Made by a program: the position numbers and the translations under genes. Source: Hormiphora californensis (lineage: Eukaryota; Animalia; Ctenophora). Taken from it: a stretch of 64,000 nt of DNA. Every line of letters begins with the position of its first letter. The stretch's first letter is position 1. Of the stretch, positions 23,833 through 39,630 are shown one piece after another. The notes beneath the pieces were generated by a model. It made no database searches. It saw only the letters and a list, made by a program, of their open reading frames with translations, and was not told where the DNA came from. The DNA lies in assembly GCA_020137815.1 (NCBI GenBank), contig CM035360.1:8007556-8071555 (forward strand), written 5' to 3'.

Positions 23833-25254
23833 GGGTAAGCTGGGGCAAAAGTGGCCCATTTTTAACGTTTTAGGTTCTAACATATGCAATTTATACAGCA
23901 GGAAGAAAAAATATATTATATTATAGGCTATCCAATGAAACGTTTTCCTTTCAGCCGAGCTAAATCTTAAAATCTGCAAGTTTTTATTTAATGGGTTAAT
24001 TGCTCAATTCAAATTAATATGGTGAGGCTTTTTTTTGGAAATTTGCACTGGGGAAAAGTGGCCCTTAAGCCAATAGCATTGCTCGATTTTATCACGTGCC
24101 TGGTGTTGTTAGACGAAACGATCAAATTAGGGGCAAAGTGGCCCATGTTCTGCACCGGAACATTCATTCATTCAAACTGCCGCTGGCAGTGGCATTGCGC
24201 CGAAATAAACATATAATATTAAGCAAACCAGCCACACGGACCAAACTGAGTGAGGATTCAGGGTGGCGTAACAGGGTCGTTAGCGCGAAGACGGTAAGGT
24301 CTTATGGGCCACTTTGTCCCTACATTTTTGTTCTGGACCACTTTGCCCCAGTGCATTCCAATCCCAGTGCGAAATGTTGACCAATTTATCAATCTAATTG
24401 ATATCACTTTTATGCTTAAATTTATGATTTATTGCACCCCCATCATCATCATTACACGCTAGTGGCGCTTGCCAGCGCTGCGAATTTTTTTCAGGTGCTA
24501 ACACCGACCATTATATGTACATACTCCTAGATAGTAGATATAATGTCAAAAGTAGTTTTTATTGCTCGGATAGTCTTTAAAACTGCTGGAATACACGGAA
24601 TGCATATGTGCATTTAAGATACTCCATGGGGGCTGGGGCCCTTGCCGGCGCTGCGAAATTTTTCAAGGGCTAACACCGACCATTATTATGATTCAGTGAT
24701 TTACAACTCTCAGTGATAGTGAGAGAGAGATATTCGTACTCTAAAATTGCTCTCCAATGCGGCTCTCCAATGCACCATCAATACATTGGTGGCGCATTTT
24801 TTCGACCGGATTTCACATTGATAATACCTTGAACAACGTTTCGCACTGAGATTCCAATGTCACGTGGTATTGCAGGCGCCACTTCATTGGTCCTAGAGGT
24901 GGACCACTTTGCCCCAGACCGGACCAATTTGCCCCGGAGAGTGGGCCATATTAGCCCCAATTTCACAAAATTGACAATTAAGACAAAAAATTGCCAATTT
25001 CTTCAAAATTCTTATACCACGTTTTAGAGAACTATAAAGCCTAACTGGCAGTTTTTGCAAAATTAAAATCGGCCAACCCAAACAGAAATAACAGCAGTTT
25101 TAAAGCGAAAATTCGGAACAGAACGAGCAGGTCTCTGCTGGATAAAAAGTCACGTGACCACATGTTATTACTGGGGCCACACACACACACTAGGGCCACT
25201 TTGCCCCATATATGGGCCACATTACCCCACGGGCCAATTTGCCCCAGCTTACCC
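23833..25254. mobile_element. TA-TSD non-autonomous DNA transposon (pogo-like)
   Basis: ta|GGGTAAGCTGGGGCAAA...TTTGCCCCAGCTTACCC|ta; many ggggcaaagtgg repeats. Confidence 0.82.
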
Positions 25255-25728
25255 TAATTAGATAATTGGATAATTAGATTTGCACATAGCTGTTTTTGGT
25301 AATATTTTAGAGACTTTTCACTGGTGCCATTTTGTAGGCAGTAACTAAGTTATGGGGGGGGGGGTCGTGCTCGGACTTTTAAGCTTTATCTCCAATCGTT
25401 TAGCCTTTATTTGGATTCAAAGGTGCTGAAAATGAGCAAAAAATGGCTCCGATTTTGAGCCTCTTTGTGGATTCGCTAATCTTATCTGAACCAATTTCAT
25501 TATTCCAAATATCGCCAAAGTACATATGGCAAACGGAAAATTGGTAGTACTAGTCTAGCAAAGACTAATAAAATTTCTTTTAATTAACCTGGGGTGGGAG
25601 GTCGAGGTAGAGACTCTATGAAAGCGATATCACTTATCTTTGATTCTTCGCAAATAAAAACAGAATACCCTGGAAGGAAAAATGTTTAACTAACTCCTTT
25701 TTAGAAATATTTGAGGTTTGACAGTTAA

Positions 25729-26563
25729 CCCTTTGGGACCGATAGTGGCGCCATCGACAGAAATATCTGAAAATTGCTGGAGACACTCCTAACAAGCCTA
25801 CTTGAAAGCAAAACCAAAAAACTCGTCTCTACGAACTTTGTTTCTGTGGGGTCACCAGTGACCCTATCGGTCTCAAATGGAATGCAAACAATTGAGATTT
25901 CGTAGCTATTTTGCCTCATAACTCGAAAACCGCTCATCTTAGACCCTATGTTTCTTCATAACACTTATATAAACCCGGCCATTCTGCACATTTTACACAC
26001 CCTATGGAACTCTGTATCTCATCTGTAGCCGATTTTAGAATTTCAAATTGGCCGAGATGAAAATTTTTATGAAGGAGCACGAATCTCAAAAAATTTTTCA
26101 GCGACTCTCTAAGATGTATAGATAACACTGATGGAGTCGGTTAGTCGCTAGCACCCGTTTGAAAAATGCCGTTTTAGACCTTTATCGGTGGCCAATCCTT
26201 TAGAAATGCACGTAAAATCCAAATTTCTATATTAGCGTTAGGGGACGATAGGGTCACTGGTGACCCCGGCATTATTTGCCCTCTGAGCGTTGTAAATTTG
26301 ATCAAATCATCACGAAACTTCATACCGGGGTAAAACCTATGGTTTTCTTTTGATTTGTAGGTCCATTATTGGCTTACTTATACCGTTTTAGAGATATGGC
26401 CAACTTTACACCAAAATGTTCAAAGCTTAAAATGACCCCAAAAACAGCCAAAAAGTATCTATTCTAACCCGGAAAACCATTTAAACTTCTTAGATTTAGT
26501 TCGGACAGACGCTAGATGCATAATTAGCGTGGGGTCACTGGTGACCCTATCGGTCTCAAAGGG
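25729..26563. mobile_element. piggyBac-like non-autonomous element
   Basis: ttaa|CCCTTTGGGACCGATAG...CTATCGGTCTCAAAGGG|ttaa. Confidence 0.85.
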
Positions 26564-26794
26564 TTAAATGGTCTTCCTTTGCAACGGTTAACTGGTAATC
26601 AGATTAACGGTTGATATTTGCTGAACAAATTTGGTTCGATGAAATGTTGGGCCCGTGAATGAATATATTAATATGAGAGTATATTAGAGTGACGTAATCT
26701 ACATATCACGAGTTAGAGGGATGACGTGATTATTGTTTATAGAGAGATGATGTAATTATTGATATAATATTGTAAAATGGAAATAAGAGATTGA

Positions 26795-27307
26795 AGACTA
26801 GTATATGCTTATGTTCATTTCTCTCATCCAACTGCAAGACCTAGAGTTCCTGGTAAACTAGCTTGTTTTCGCCCCCCCCCCCCCCACTTCAAGACATAGA
26901 GTTCCTGACAAACTAGCTTGTGTTCATTTCTCCCTCCCGCAACTGCAAGACCTATAGTTCCTGGCAAACTAGCTTGTGTTCATTCCCCGCCCCTAACTTC
27001 AAAACTTAGATCTAGAGTTCCTGGTAAACTAGTGTGTGTTCATTTCTCTCCTCCAACTGCAAGACTTAGAGTTCATGGCAGACTAGCTTGTGCTCATTTC
27101 TCTCCTCCAACTGCAAGACCTAGAGTTCCTGATAAACTAGCCTGTTTTCGTCACCCCCCCCCCCCCCCCACTTCAAGACCTAGAGTTCCTGCAAAACTAG
27201 CTTATGTTCATGTTTATTTCTCTCGTCCAATTGCAAGACCTAGAGTTCCTGGCAAACTAGCTTGTGTTCATTTCTCTCCTCCGACTGCAAGACCTAGAGT
27301 TCATGGC
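26795..27307. repeat. ~54-60-bp minisatellite
   Basis: About nine units of gacctagagttcctggcaaactagcttgtgttcatttctctcctccaactgcaa. Confidence 0.88.
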
Positions 27308-28826
27308 GGGTAGAGAGAGAGACAGAGAGAGAAAGGGAGAGAAAGGAAGAGAGAGGAGAGAGAAGAGAGAAAGGGAGAGAAGGGGGTGATTGTAAAAGAG
27401 ATTTACATTATAAATGAGAGAAAGTTATAAAGGAACCTATCAATATAGGGTAAACCGGGGCAAAATGGTTAACTTTTTACTTAATTGGTTCTCACCCCTA
27501 TTTAAAAAAGTATACAATGAAAAAAATTATATAGGCTTAGAGTTCATTATTTTATCTTTCAAATAAGATTAATTTTAACTCTAGGGACCAACATTAACAT
27601 TTAACTGTTAATTTAACAGAATTTGAAATGAAAACATGCGAATCTCTATTATAAAGTACAAATGAACGTCGTGGTGATGATGATGTCGTATCCCACGTGC
27701 AAATGGTGGGGGGTTGCCAAGGAGGTGCCTTGGGAGAGGTATGGGTAGTTGTGAGGGGATACTGCACGTGCATGTTATTGTTTGTTTGTTGCGTGTTCCT
27801 GTGTTGTTCCTGTGGTGTTTTGGGATCTACTGTTGGGGCCGCCATGATTGCCAAAGCCTTTCTACCTACGTACCCCGTTGATTCTCTACACAGCTACAAT
27901 TCTACGGATCTTTATCACCTGATTCTACATGTTATTCAGCGGGATTTACCTTGATGTTTATCACCAGCGCTCTACCACTACCAACCTCTTTACCCCGACA
28001 TTGAGATACGAAGAGTGAGGGGGGGGAGAGACATAGAGACGGGGAGGGGGGGGTGTTGTAGGACTTAACAATGGGCTTTCTAGTCCTTATTATAAAGTAC
28101 AAATGAACGTCGTAGTGAGGAGTATGATGACCTATCATCACGTGCAAATAGAGGGGGGTTGCCAAGGAGGTGCCCTGGGAGGGGTATTGGAGGGGGATAC
28201 TGCACGTGCATGTTTTTGGTTGTTTGTTGCGTGTTCCTGTGTTGTTCCTGTAGTGATTTGGATCTACTGCTGGGACCTCCATGATTGCCAAAGCCTTTCT
28301 ACCTACGTACCCCGTTGATTCTCTACACAGCTACAATTCTACGGATCTTTATCACCTGATTCTACATGTTATTCAGCGGGATTTCCCTTGATGTTTATCA
28401 CCAGTGCAGCGCTCTACCACTACCAACCTCCGTATTCTTTATCCCGACATGGAGAGACGAAGAGTAAGAGGGGGGGGGGAGATAGAGACGGGTGGGGGGG
28501 GGGGTGTTGTAGGACTTAACAATGGGCTTTCTAGTCTTTATTATAAAGTACAAATGAACGTCGTGGTGAGTATGATGGAGTATCCTAGCTTGCAACACTA
28601 GCGTGCAACAATTTGCCCATTTGCCCGTGCAAATCAAGGGGTTGTTATGGTTGGTGGGCAAGGGTCTGAATACTGCACGTGCATGTTGTTGGTTGTTTGT
28701 TGCGTGTTCCTGCGGTGTTGTGTGGTGTGATGGCATCTACTGTTGCTGCCCCGATGAATACCAAAGCGTTTCTACCTACATACCCCCGATAATTACTCTA
28801 CACATCTACAATTCTACGGATGTTTA

Positions 28827-29161
28827 CCCCCATAAAAAAGTCGCTTGGCAAATTCCCTCGTCGCTCGGCAATTGGTTCGGCAACAACAGGTGGTTTGCCG
28901 AGCCAGTCGCTCGGCTAATCAAGGAAGTCTCCGTGATTTCACCGCGTTCTTACAGAAAAAGCACATTTTTTCAGCACTTTGTATTTTTCAGCAGGAGATT
29001 TTGAAAAAAAGTGCTGAAAAAATGTACTTTTTCTGTAAGAACGCGGTGAAAACACGGCGACTTCCTTGATTAGCCGAGCGACTGGCTCGGCAAACCACCT
29101 GTTGTTGCCGAACCAATTGCCGAGCGACGAGGGAATTTGCCAAGCGACTTTTTTATGGGGG
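28827..29161. mobile_element. Near-perfect palindromic MITE with CCCCC termini and TA flanks
   Basis: ~150-bp arms with very few mismatches. Confidence 0.85.
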
Positions 29162-29299
29162 TATGAACTATTAATAATTCAACACGTTTCAAGCAGCTCT
29201 CTTCTGATCACCCTTGATATTCATCACCATCCCTACCACTCTACCAACCTCCATATTCTTTAGTATTATAGCCCGAAACGGACATGACAAAGAGATGTA

Positions 29300-29832
<533 letters not shown>

Positions 29833-30299
29833 ATCAACGGGGTTCACCCAACGGGGTTCAACCAACGGGCTTTCTAGTCCTTATTATAAAGTACAAATGA
29901 ACGTCGTGATGAGTGTGATGACCTTTCATCACGTGCAAATAGAGGGGGGTTGCCAAGGAGGTGGCCTGGGAGGGGTATTGGAGGTTGTGGGGGGATACTG
30001 CACGTGCATGTTATTGGTTGTTTGTTGCGTGTTCCTGTGTTGTTCCTGTGGTGTTTTGGGACCGCCAAGATTGCCAAAGCCTTTCTACCTACGTACCCCG
30101 TTGATTCACAGCTACAATTCTACGGATCTTTATCACCTGATTCTACATGTTATTCAGCGGGATTTCCCTTTTTTACTTCAAGAAGAAATTTAGGGGGTAT
30201 ACAAACATTTCAACGGAAAACAAAATATCACTCTGTACACTCCCAAGGACTCCACAAGGGGTACCCTCAATTAAGGAGTCCTGACTTGTAACTACAGAT

Positions 30300-32248
30300 A
30301 CGATTATTTTTAGTAATAATGTATTATTGTAAAACTTGCAAAGCACCCTCAACTTTCTAGTGGTTACAGCTATAGAGGGGAAAGAAGAGAATGCACGGGG
30401 GAGGAGGGTCCAAGGCCAACCCGGCAGAGACATATTGACTGGGCAGTCGGTGATATGAGTGTGATTAGGGTGTGATGTGGAGGATGAAAATGAAATTGAA
30501 ATCAGAACAAGTTAGTTGGGTCGACGCTCTCAAACAAATAAATCTTTAGTTTTCTTAGATACACAGGTTGGCTCACTGCCTGCCTGATGGTCCACAGGCA
30601 CATCATTCCAGAGTCTGGTGGTACGATGATAAAAGTTATCACGTATAGCAGAGTGAGCCCTCCAGCTTGTGTCATCTTTATAAGTTGTGCTGTCCCATCC
30701 CTCTATGATGGCCTGATTCTGGCGAGTAAGTCTCAGATTCAGACCATCCACTAGAGAAATACAGGGAGGGAGACTAAGGGGGACGTGATTGTGAACCACA
30801 TTATAGAAGAGACGTAGATCCGAATACTCAAAGAACTGCCTAAAAGGTAGCAGGTCTAACTCCTTGAGATTCGTCACATATTGCTCATTAGTGTAGGATT
30901 CTAGGGGCTCATTCTTGATCCACTTCACTGCTCTTTTCTGTAACCTCTCTAACGCAGCTAATTGCCCTTTCCCGATGTTGGCCCACACAGAATTACAGTG
31001 TTCTACGAGAGATCTTACCATGCTTAGGTATAGGGATCTCTTATAGGAACTCTTACTGAGAAAGTAACAGGTTCTACGCAATAAGTTAAACTTAGCGGTC
31101 ATAATTTCTAAAATATAATCACAATGGGAAGACCAAGTTAAGTTAGAGGTAATAATAACTCCCAGATCTTTATGCTTGTTAACATAATCAATCAATACTC
31201 CATTAAGAGAATAGAAGTACTTAAAAAAGGGTAACTCAGACAGCTCCGAGGAGGCTCTACTAGTAGTCACACTTAACACCTTGCACTTGTCAGGATGGAA
31301 AAACATCTTATTACATACTGCCCACTCCCAAAGATTGTTAATAGACTGCTGAAGAGACATGTGATCACCCATATCCTCTATGCGACGCCAGATCTTGGTA
31401 TCGTCAGCATAGAGTGATATGTCTGTACCAGGTGTAACTGCCTTGCAGATATCATTTATAAACATAATAAATAGCTGAGGTCCCAAAATACTACCTTGGG
31501 GCACACCCGAGGTGACATTAAGGCTCTCTGAAGTCTCCCCGTCTACTACAACAGACTGAGTGCGGTCTTTAAGATAGCTTCTAATAAAATTCAGTAACAT
31601 ACCATCAACTCCAAAATCATACTTCAGCTTCTTCAGGATAAGATCATGGTTAACAGAATCGAAAGCACGGCTAAAATCGAAGTATATAACATCTGATTGC
31701 AATCCCTCACCGACACCAGAAGCAAGCGAATATGTGAACGGTAGTAACTGTGTGGAACAGGACCTACCACCCATAAATCCGTGCTGTCTGGGGTCAATTT
31801 GTGAATCACAGTGCTTATATAGGCGGACCTTCACAAGCCTCTCCATGATTTTGGCAACAAGAGACAGCAAAGAGATCGGTCTATAGTTAGTCACGTCTCT
31901 TCTACTGCCCTTTTTATGCACAGGTACAATTGAGCCATGCTTCCATTCACTAGGAATGATACCCGTGCGAATAGAAGCATTAAACAGAAGCCACAACGGA
32001 TAGCTCAAGCTCCCGGCACAATTCTTGAGTAACTTTCCATGGAGACCATCTGGTCCACAAGCCTTGGAAGTGTCAATACAAGTGAGCGCTTGATAAACTT
32101 CGGAGATAGAGAAAAAACACTCTGAATCTAGATGAGAACTCTCAATCCCAATATCATAACTACTAGGTGAAGTAAATTGTTCAGCAAAACATACATTAAA
32201 AAGAGTAGCTTTACCACCCAGGTCAGATCTAGAAATATCTCCCTTATA
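30300..32248 (-). mobile_element. CR1-group LINE 3' portion (RT ORF 30530-32008, frame extends to ~32245)
   Basis: KACGPDG, NYRPISLLS, QHGF, YFDFSRAFDSV, SGVPQGSILGP, LYADDTK, KDLGV; no RNase H. Confidence 0.92.
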
Positions 32249-33925
<1,677 letters not shown>

Positions 33926-34462
33926 GGCGTTGACGCCGAAACAGTTGACAAACCACCGTGTTTACATGTTGTTCTACCCTAGAGGCCGCCGGTATACTCT
34001 ACTAATTCTAATTTTCTATTTGAAACAGCTGCTAACTTGAAACAGTGTCTGACAATCTGAAACACGCGCACTGGTTTATATTTGAAACGGGTTCCCCCGA
34101 TCATGTGTTTGATATTTTACATTGCGTGTTATCTGCTCTCTGATTGGGTGATATCGTGTGACGTGTGCTGCTGCAGCAGAGGGAGAGATGTATCTTACAC
34201 ACACTGCTGTGTGTGAAGGGTCTTCATGATTAGATAATAGATAAAAATATGTTGTGTGTAGCGGTGCCGTTTGTACACTGTACCCAGACAGACAGACAGA
34301 GGGAGAGATAGAGCCGTTAATTGTAGTATTGAACCTAATTACACACTTTTCACTTGTCAGAGTACTACAATTGATTCTTTTTTACCTACATTGAAAAGAT
34401 CGAGAGACAGAAAGAGAGAGAGTGAGGGAGAGAAAGAGAGAGAGAGAGAGTGAGGGAGAGAA

Positions 34463-34511
<49 letters not shown>

Positions 34512-34663
34512 AAGAGAGAGAGAGTTCAACTTACCCCTATGTACATTGTTCTACCTTTACTCCGCAGGCCCTCTGGGCCCTCAGATCCAACAAGATCCGG
34601 GCCCGGGGATTCAACCCTGCTCTCGCATGGGACCTTACGGCCATACTATCATTCAATATGTAA

Positions 34664-34923
34664 GGGGAAACTCTAATGGGATCCCATCAACAGTAAAACT
34701 CTAACTGATAATGGACCACAGTGATGTTTCTTTCTCTGTATTCTCTCTGTATCTATGTACTGCCTACAGAGAGAATACAGAGAAAGAACTATTGGGCATG
34801 CCCGGGCACGGGCGCGCACACAGAGAGAATACAGAGAAAGAACCATCACTGTGGTCCATTATCAGTTAGATTTTTACTGTTGATGGGATCCCATTAATGG
34901 GATGCCATTCAGTTAGAGTTTCC
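34664..34923. mobile_element. MITE family A
   Basis: TIRs with small deletions; TAA flanks. Confidence 0.88.
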
Positions 34924-36009
34924 TAACACAGTTTCCTAACACAGAATGCATTTTTAAACCTCTGGTACCTTGTTTAAATAAGCAACACCAATGAAGCAGG
35001 TCGAAACCGGCAATATTATTGCTGGGCAAGCGATTCTAGTAACTTGAAACACCGCGGAAGGCTATTTAAAACACTTTTTTCCAAATCCGCTGTCGGAAAT
35101 CTTTAATGTTCATTTTGAGCATAGGGAGGATATGAATTATGAGTTTAGCCAATTCTGCCAAAAATTGGTCGAATCTGGGGCAAAAACTGTTTTCCTGGCT
35201 ATTTGAAACAATTTTTGGAAACATTCACTGGACCAAGCACATGTAACAAAATTCAGATTTCAGACATGGAATGGCTCTGTGTGGGGTCAGATGATTGTTA
35301 CATATTAGTATATCAGTCACTGTCTGATTAGGTGTCTGAGAGCTGTCTATTCTGCACTACTCATTGAAACCCATGATCTTTCCTGTTCTTAGAAGCAGCT
35401 ATTGTTTCCAACCGTTTAGCACTCTTTACAGCTGTGAACTGCACAGTTCGGGTGCAGTTCATCTACATCATAAAGGGGCTTGTAAAACGTCTAGCTGCTT
35501 CAGATCCTTACTCGCTATATCTCGCAAACAATAGAACTGCACGCTTATTGGTTCACTCTTAGGTTCATCTGTGATGATTGGTCGTTAGGTTCTTATCACA
35601 TGACTAAGCTGTTTCTGCTGAGCGATCATACTTTAGAACGAGAGATTTGGAAAATAAGGGACTTCGAAACTTCTCATTTTTTTACGTTACAAACTATATT
35701 CTTCTGCTTGATCAAAAACATAGAGTTTCAATTCTACAAAGTCTACCACTAGACGAGCAGCCAAGGCAAGCTACTAAACCAACAGCTTGGCCTACATCTG
35801 TGCAACCCTTGTCTAACTATTCCATGTCGAAAATCTCGGTTTCGTGGACGAATTGAGGGAGATACGGCTGTTTCAAATTAGCAGACTGAGGCGGGCTAAT
35901 TGAAACAGCAAATTTGGATAGATATCACGTGACCCTGACCCCGGAAGACAAAATGAGACATCTCAACCCACTTCAAAAACTACCCTGGGACTGTCTCGGT
36001 AACATAGGG

Positions 36010-36545
36010 TGTGTGTGTGTGTGTGTTTAGCACCTCCCATCATTCCGCCCACTGTGCTGCCCCTTCATAGGTCGACAGCCGACCTCCATTATAATCACTC
36101 CACGCCACTACCCTCCACACAAAGGGACAGTGTTGGTGTTCTCCGGTTCAGTCCTGGTGTTCTGCAGAGCAAGCTCCACATTTCCCTCGAACTGTTCCGG
36201 CACCACAAGAAGAGTTTTGATTCACGGCTTAATAGAGACCAGCGTGTCTTGTATGTTGGGACAATAGGTGAAATTTACCTGCCTCCCTGGCTGGTCTTCG
36301 GTTACTACTGCTGCAAGGAGCTGTAGAAGTAGGTGGGTCTTCCGAATTTGCCACAGCGATAACTCACAGCCCGTGAGGCCTGTGTCGGTTGACAAATCTT
36401 ATCACACTCTTGGCCTTGGGTCGATACCGCTAGTACACAGATCTGCATACAGCCAGGAGGTCCGGAAAAGTCTAATTTCTTAGACTTATATTGCACGGTT
36501 AAGCGTCTACACTTAAAGTAACACTGTGAAGCATTGCGCAAGTAT
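36010..36545 (-). mobile_element. Possible highly decayed LINE endonuclease (APE) region
   Basis: Weak remnants only (ICVLAVS, FGRPTYFYS); many stops. Confidence 0.3.
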
Positions 36546-37702
36546 CAGCCCCCAGTGGTGTGCATTTTGCGGATTTAATACTTGCCTAAGGAGGCGGGGT
36601 GGCCGAGTGGGCCCAGAACTGCCCCATTACTCGTGGGTCCTAAGGTAGATGTGCGTTTGTGTAGTCCCTCCTAGGTAACAGTCTCGACTCTGTTACCTGT
36701 TTCAGATCAGGATGGTTAGGGGTGGTTGCATCTGGCTGTAAGTTAGGTGAGTTTTATCAGGTCGAGTGTTTGGTCGGGAGTGAGAATATTCTCGGCAATG
36801 TCCCGGTAGTCTAGCCATTGTTATCATGGAGGTTATGTGCTGATTCATAATGGTCATCAGCGACCGCGATTAAGTAGGCTTAGTAACTGGGATTTAATTT
36901 AATAAATTCCGTTTACTCAACCTAGGGATAGACCCTATTTCAAGTGAGATTATCAGTTCAACTGGGATCAGTTGCACTGCAAGAGCTCGGTGCCATGTGT
37001 AACAAAGTTACTGGCAGGGGTGAGATTATCAGTTCAACTGGTATAGTTTCACTGCAAGAGCTCGGTGCCATAATTGAGTCCGGCAAGGTCTCTGGCAAAG
37101 TTTACTCCCCGTACTTGGGGAGAGAGCCGGTGTGATTTGACCGTAATCACTGGACCATCAGCCAACCAGGTCCACGGCAACGGGACTGAGCTTGAAGAGC
37201 TCAGCTGGCACGAAGAACTCATTTCTGAGTTCCCCCCGCTGATGGTAACATAGGGTGAAAAAATTTTGGGTTCGACTTGATTTGTGGACATGCAAAGGAA
37301 AAAAGTGAAAAACTGTTTCAAATAGCCAGTGTCTACCCTACCAACGCTTTTCTACCTACGTACCCCGTTCATTACTCTACAGAGCTAAAATTCTACGGAT
37401 GTTTATCAGTGATGATATTAGGTTGTCCAAGAAATAATGTCGCGACCCGATTTCTCCAACAATTTCGGTATACAACTTTTTCTAACGCCTTGATCTAACC
37501 CTTGTATATAAATAATTGTTATACCATCTGAAAGCTAATATTGTTAGCTTAGTGGTAACGGGCAGGCTCGAACGAGCAGTTTTCTTCTAGAGATAGGATG
37601 ACGTCATTATGATAGCTTAACTAGGTGAGAGACGGGCAGCACATGGTTCGAATTGCCCCGATGGTTCGAATTACCCCAGTTTACCCTAATAAAGTATCAT
37701 TA

Positions 37703-37995
37703 GGGGAAACTCTAACTGAATGGCATCCCATTAATGGGATCCCATCAACAGTAAAACTCTAACTGATAATGGACCACAGTGATGGTTCTTTCTCTGTATT
37801 CTCTCTGTGTGCGCGCCCGTGCCCGGGCATGCCCTATTATAGTTCTTTCTCTGTATTCTCTCTGTAGGCAGTACATAGAAGTACTGCCTACAGAGAGAAT
37901 ACAGAGAAAGAACCATCACTGTGGTCCATTATCAGTTAGAGTTTTACTATTGATGGGATCCCATTAATGGGATGCCATTCAGTTAGAGTTTCCCC
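37703..37995. mobile_element. MITE family A
   Basis: Complete near-perfect palindrome; tta/taa flanks. Confidence 0.92.
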
Positions 37996-38266
37996 TAATG
38001 AATGAAACTAAAGATAATCCTTCTCTAGATAATGCCAAGCCAACTTCAAGGAGAATATAGGGCCTATCAGCAGATCCCAGGGATAGGGGAGCGGGGATGT
38101 GTGAGTGTACCCAATTCGATCCCAATCTCGACTTGACGGAAGGCGCGAAAATTCGAGAGCTCTATAGTGCTGAAATTTTATACTATTTTCCATGCACCAA
38201 CTGTGTTTTATACTTTAGGTGTTAATTTCACCAAGGGCATACAAAAAGGTTAATCTGAATTATTAC

Positions 38267-38425
38267 CTGTAGAAGGAATTGCCGGTTCCAGTGCTGTCTC
38301 AACATCATGATTTACTTCACTGGTTCCCTCAATTACCGGAAAGCGCTCTTTGAATGTTGCTTCAAAAGGATGTGGTGGAAGTGGCTTGCGACTAGCAAAT
38401 GATGGTCCTCTTAGGTATGCCAAGT
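38267..38425 (-). CDS. STMND1-like gene, exon 2
   Basis: tcttcag acceptor and G|gtaata donor; 159 nt, phase 1/1; open frame (D)LAYLRGPSFASRKPLPPHPFEATFKERFPVIEG...EPAIPST; unique sequence among repeats. Confidence 0.72.
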
Positions 38426-38636
38426 CTGAAGATTTTTGTATTTCTAACTAATTTGAGAATCACCGACGCTCACTAAAAAGCAACTTTCAACATTGATATT
38501 CAATTTTGCATACATTCAATTTTGCATACATACGCAAAAGCTGCGATCGCAGCTTTTGCGTGAAACATTTGTTGATTTTGTAAAACCTTGTTTCACTTAA
38601 GTCACAATAGCATACATCAATACCAATTTTTGCCAT

Positions 38637-38668
<32 letters not shown>

Positions 38669-39063
38669 CACCACCAGATACGCAGTTATACGTTTTATGG
38701 GCGTTTGGTTTTGGTAACGAAATTAACCCTAACTTGCGGGCATGCTAAAACGTGTCTTACTACCGCGGCTGCGATGCCTCAGTGTGCGGTAAGAGATTAA
38801 AGTGAGAGTGGACCGACACAGAATTGGACAATATTATTGTAGGTAGTAGAGATTATTTTTCTGAGCATTTTGCCTTTTTCCCGCTTAAAATTGACCCCTC
38901 CATTACTGAGATACTTTTGTTATGCAAATATTGTTGCAATGGGAGAATGACGTCACACATCTATATCTTGTATTCTGTATGTGTGCGTGCTCGGGCATGT
39001 TCGATGTAATGCCTACCAGAGAGAATACAGAGATAGATGCGTGACGTCATTCTCCCAACATAA

Positions 39064-39630
39064 GGGGAAAATCTAACTGAATGGCATCCCATTAATGGGA
39101 TCCCATCAACAGTAAAACTCTAACTGATAATGGACCACAGTGATGTTTCTTTCTCTGTATTCTCTCTGTAGGCTGTACATCTATGTACTGCCTACAGAGA
39201 GAATACAGAGAAAGAACTATTGGGCATGCCCGGGCACGGGCGCGCACTACAGAGAGAATACAGAGAAAGAACCATCACTGTGGTCCATTATCAGTTAGAG
39301 TTTTACTGTTGATGGGATCCCATTAATGGGATGCCATTCAGTTATATTTTCCCCTAAGGGGAAACTCTAACTGAATGGCATCCCATCTCAGTGATAGAGA
39401 GGTCAATTTCAAGCGGGAAAAAAGCAAAATGCTCAGAGAAATAATCTCTACTATCTAAGGGGAAACTCTAACTGAATGGCATCCCATTAATGGGATCCCA
39501 TCAACAGTAAAACTCTAACTGATAATGGACCACAGTGATGGTTCTTTCTCTGTATTCTCTCTGTAGGCAGTACATCTATGTACAGAGGATACAGAGAATA
39601 CAGAGAAAGAACCATCACTGTGGTCCATTA
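39064..39630. mobile_element. Cluster of MITE family A copies (39064-39354 complete; 39358-39387 and 39459-39630 partial) within a Kolobok remnant starting at 38801
   Basis: Repeated taa|GGGGAAA termini; ttaa|AGTGAGAGTGGAC at 38801. Confidence 0.85.

Noticed and set aside
36592-36665. ggtggccgagtgg A-box-like sequence as a tRNA or SINE
   Set aside because: No B box or cloverleaf follows.
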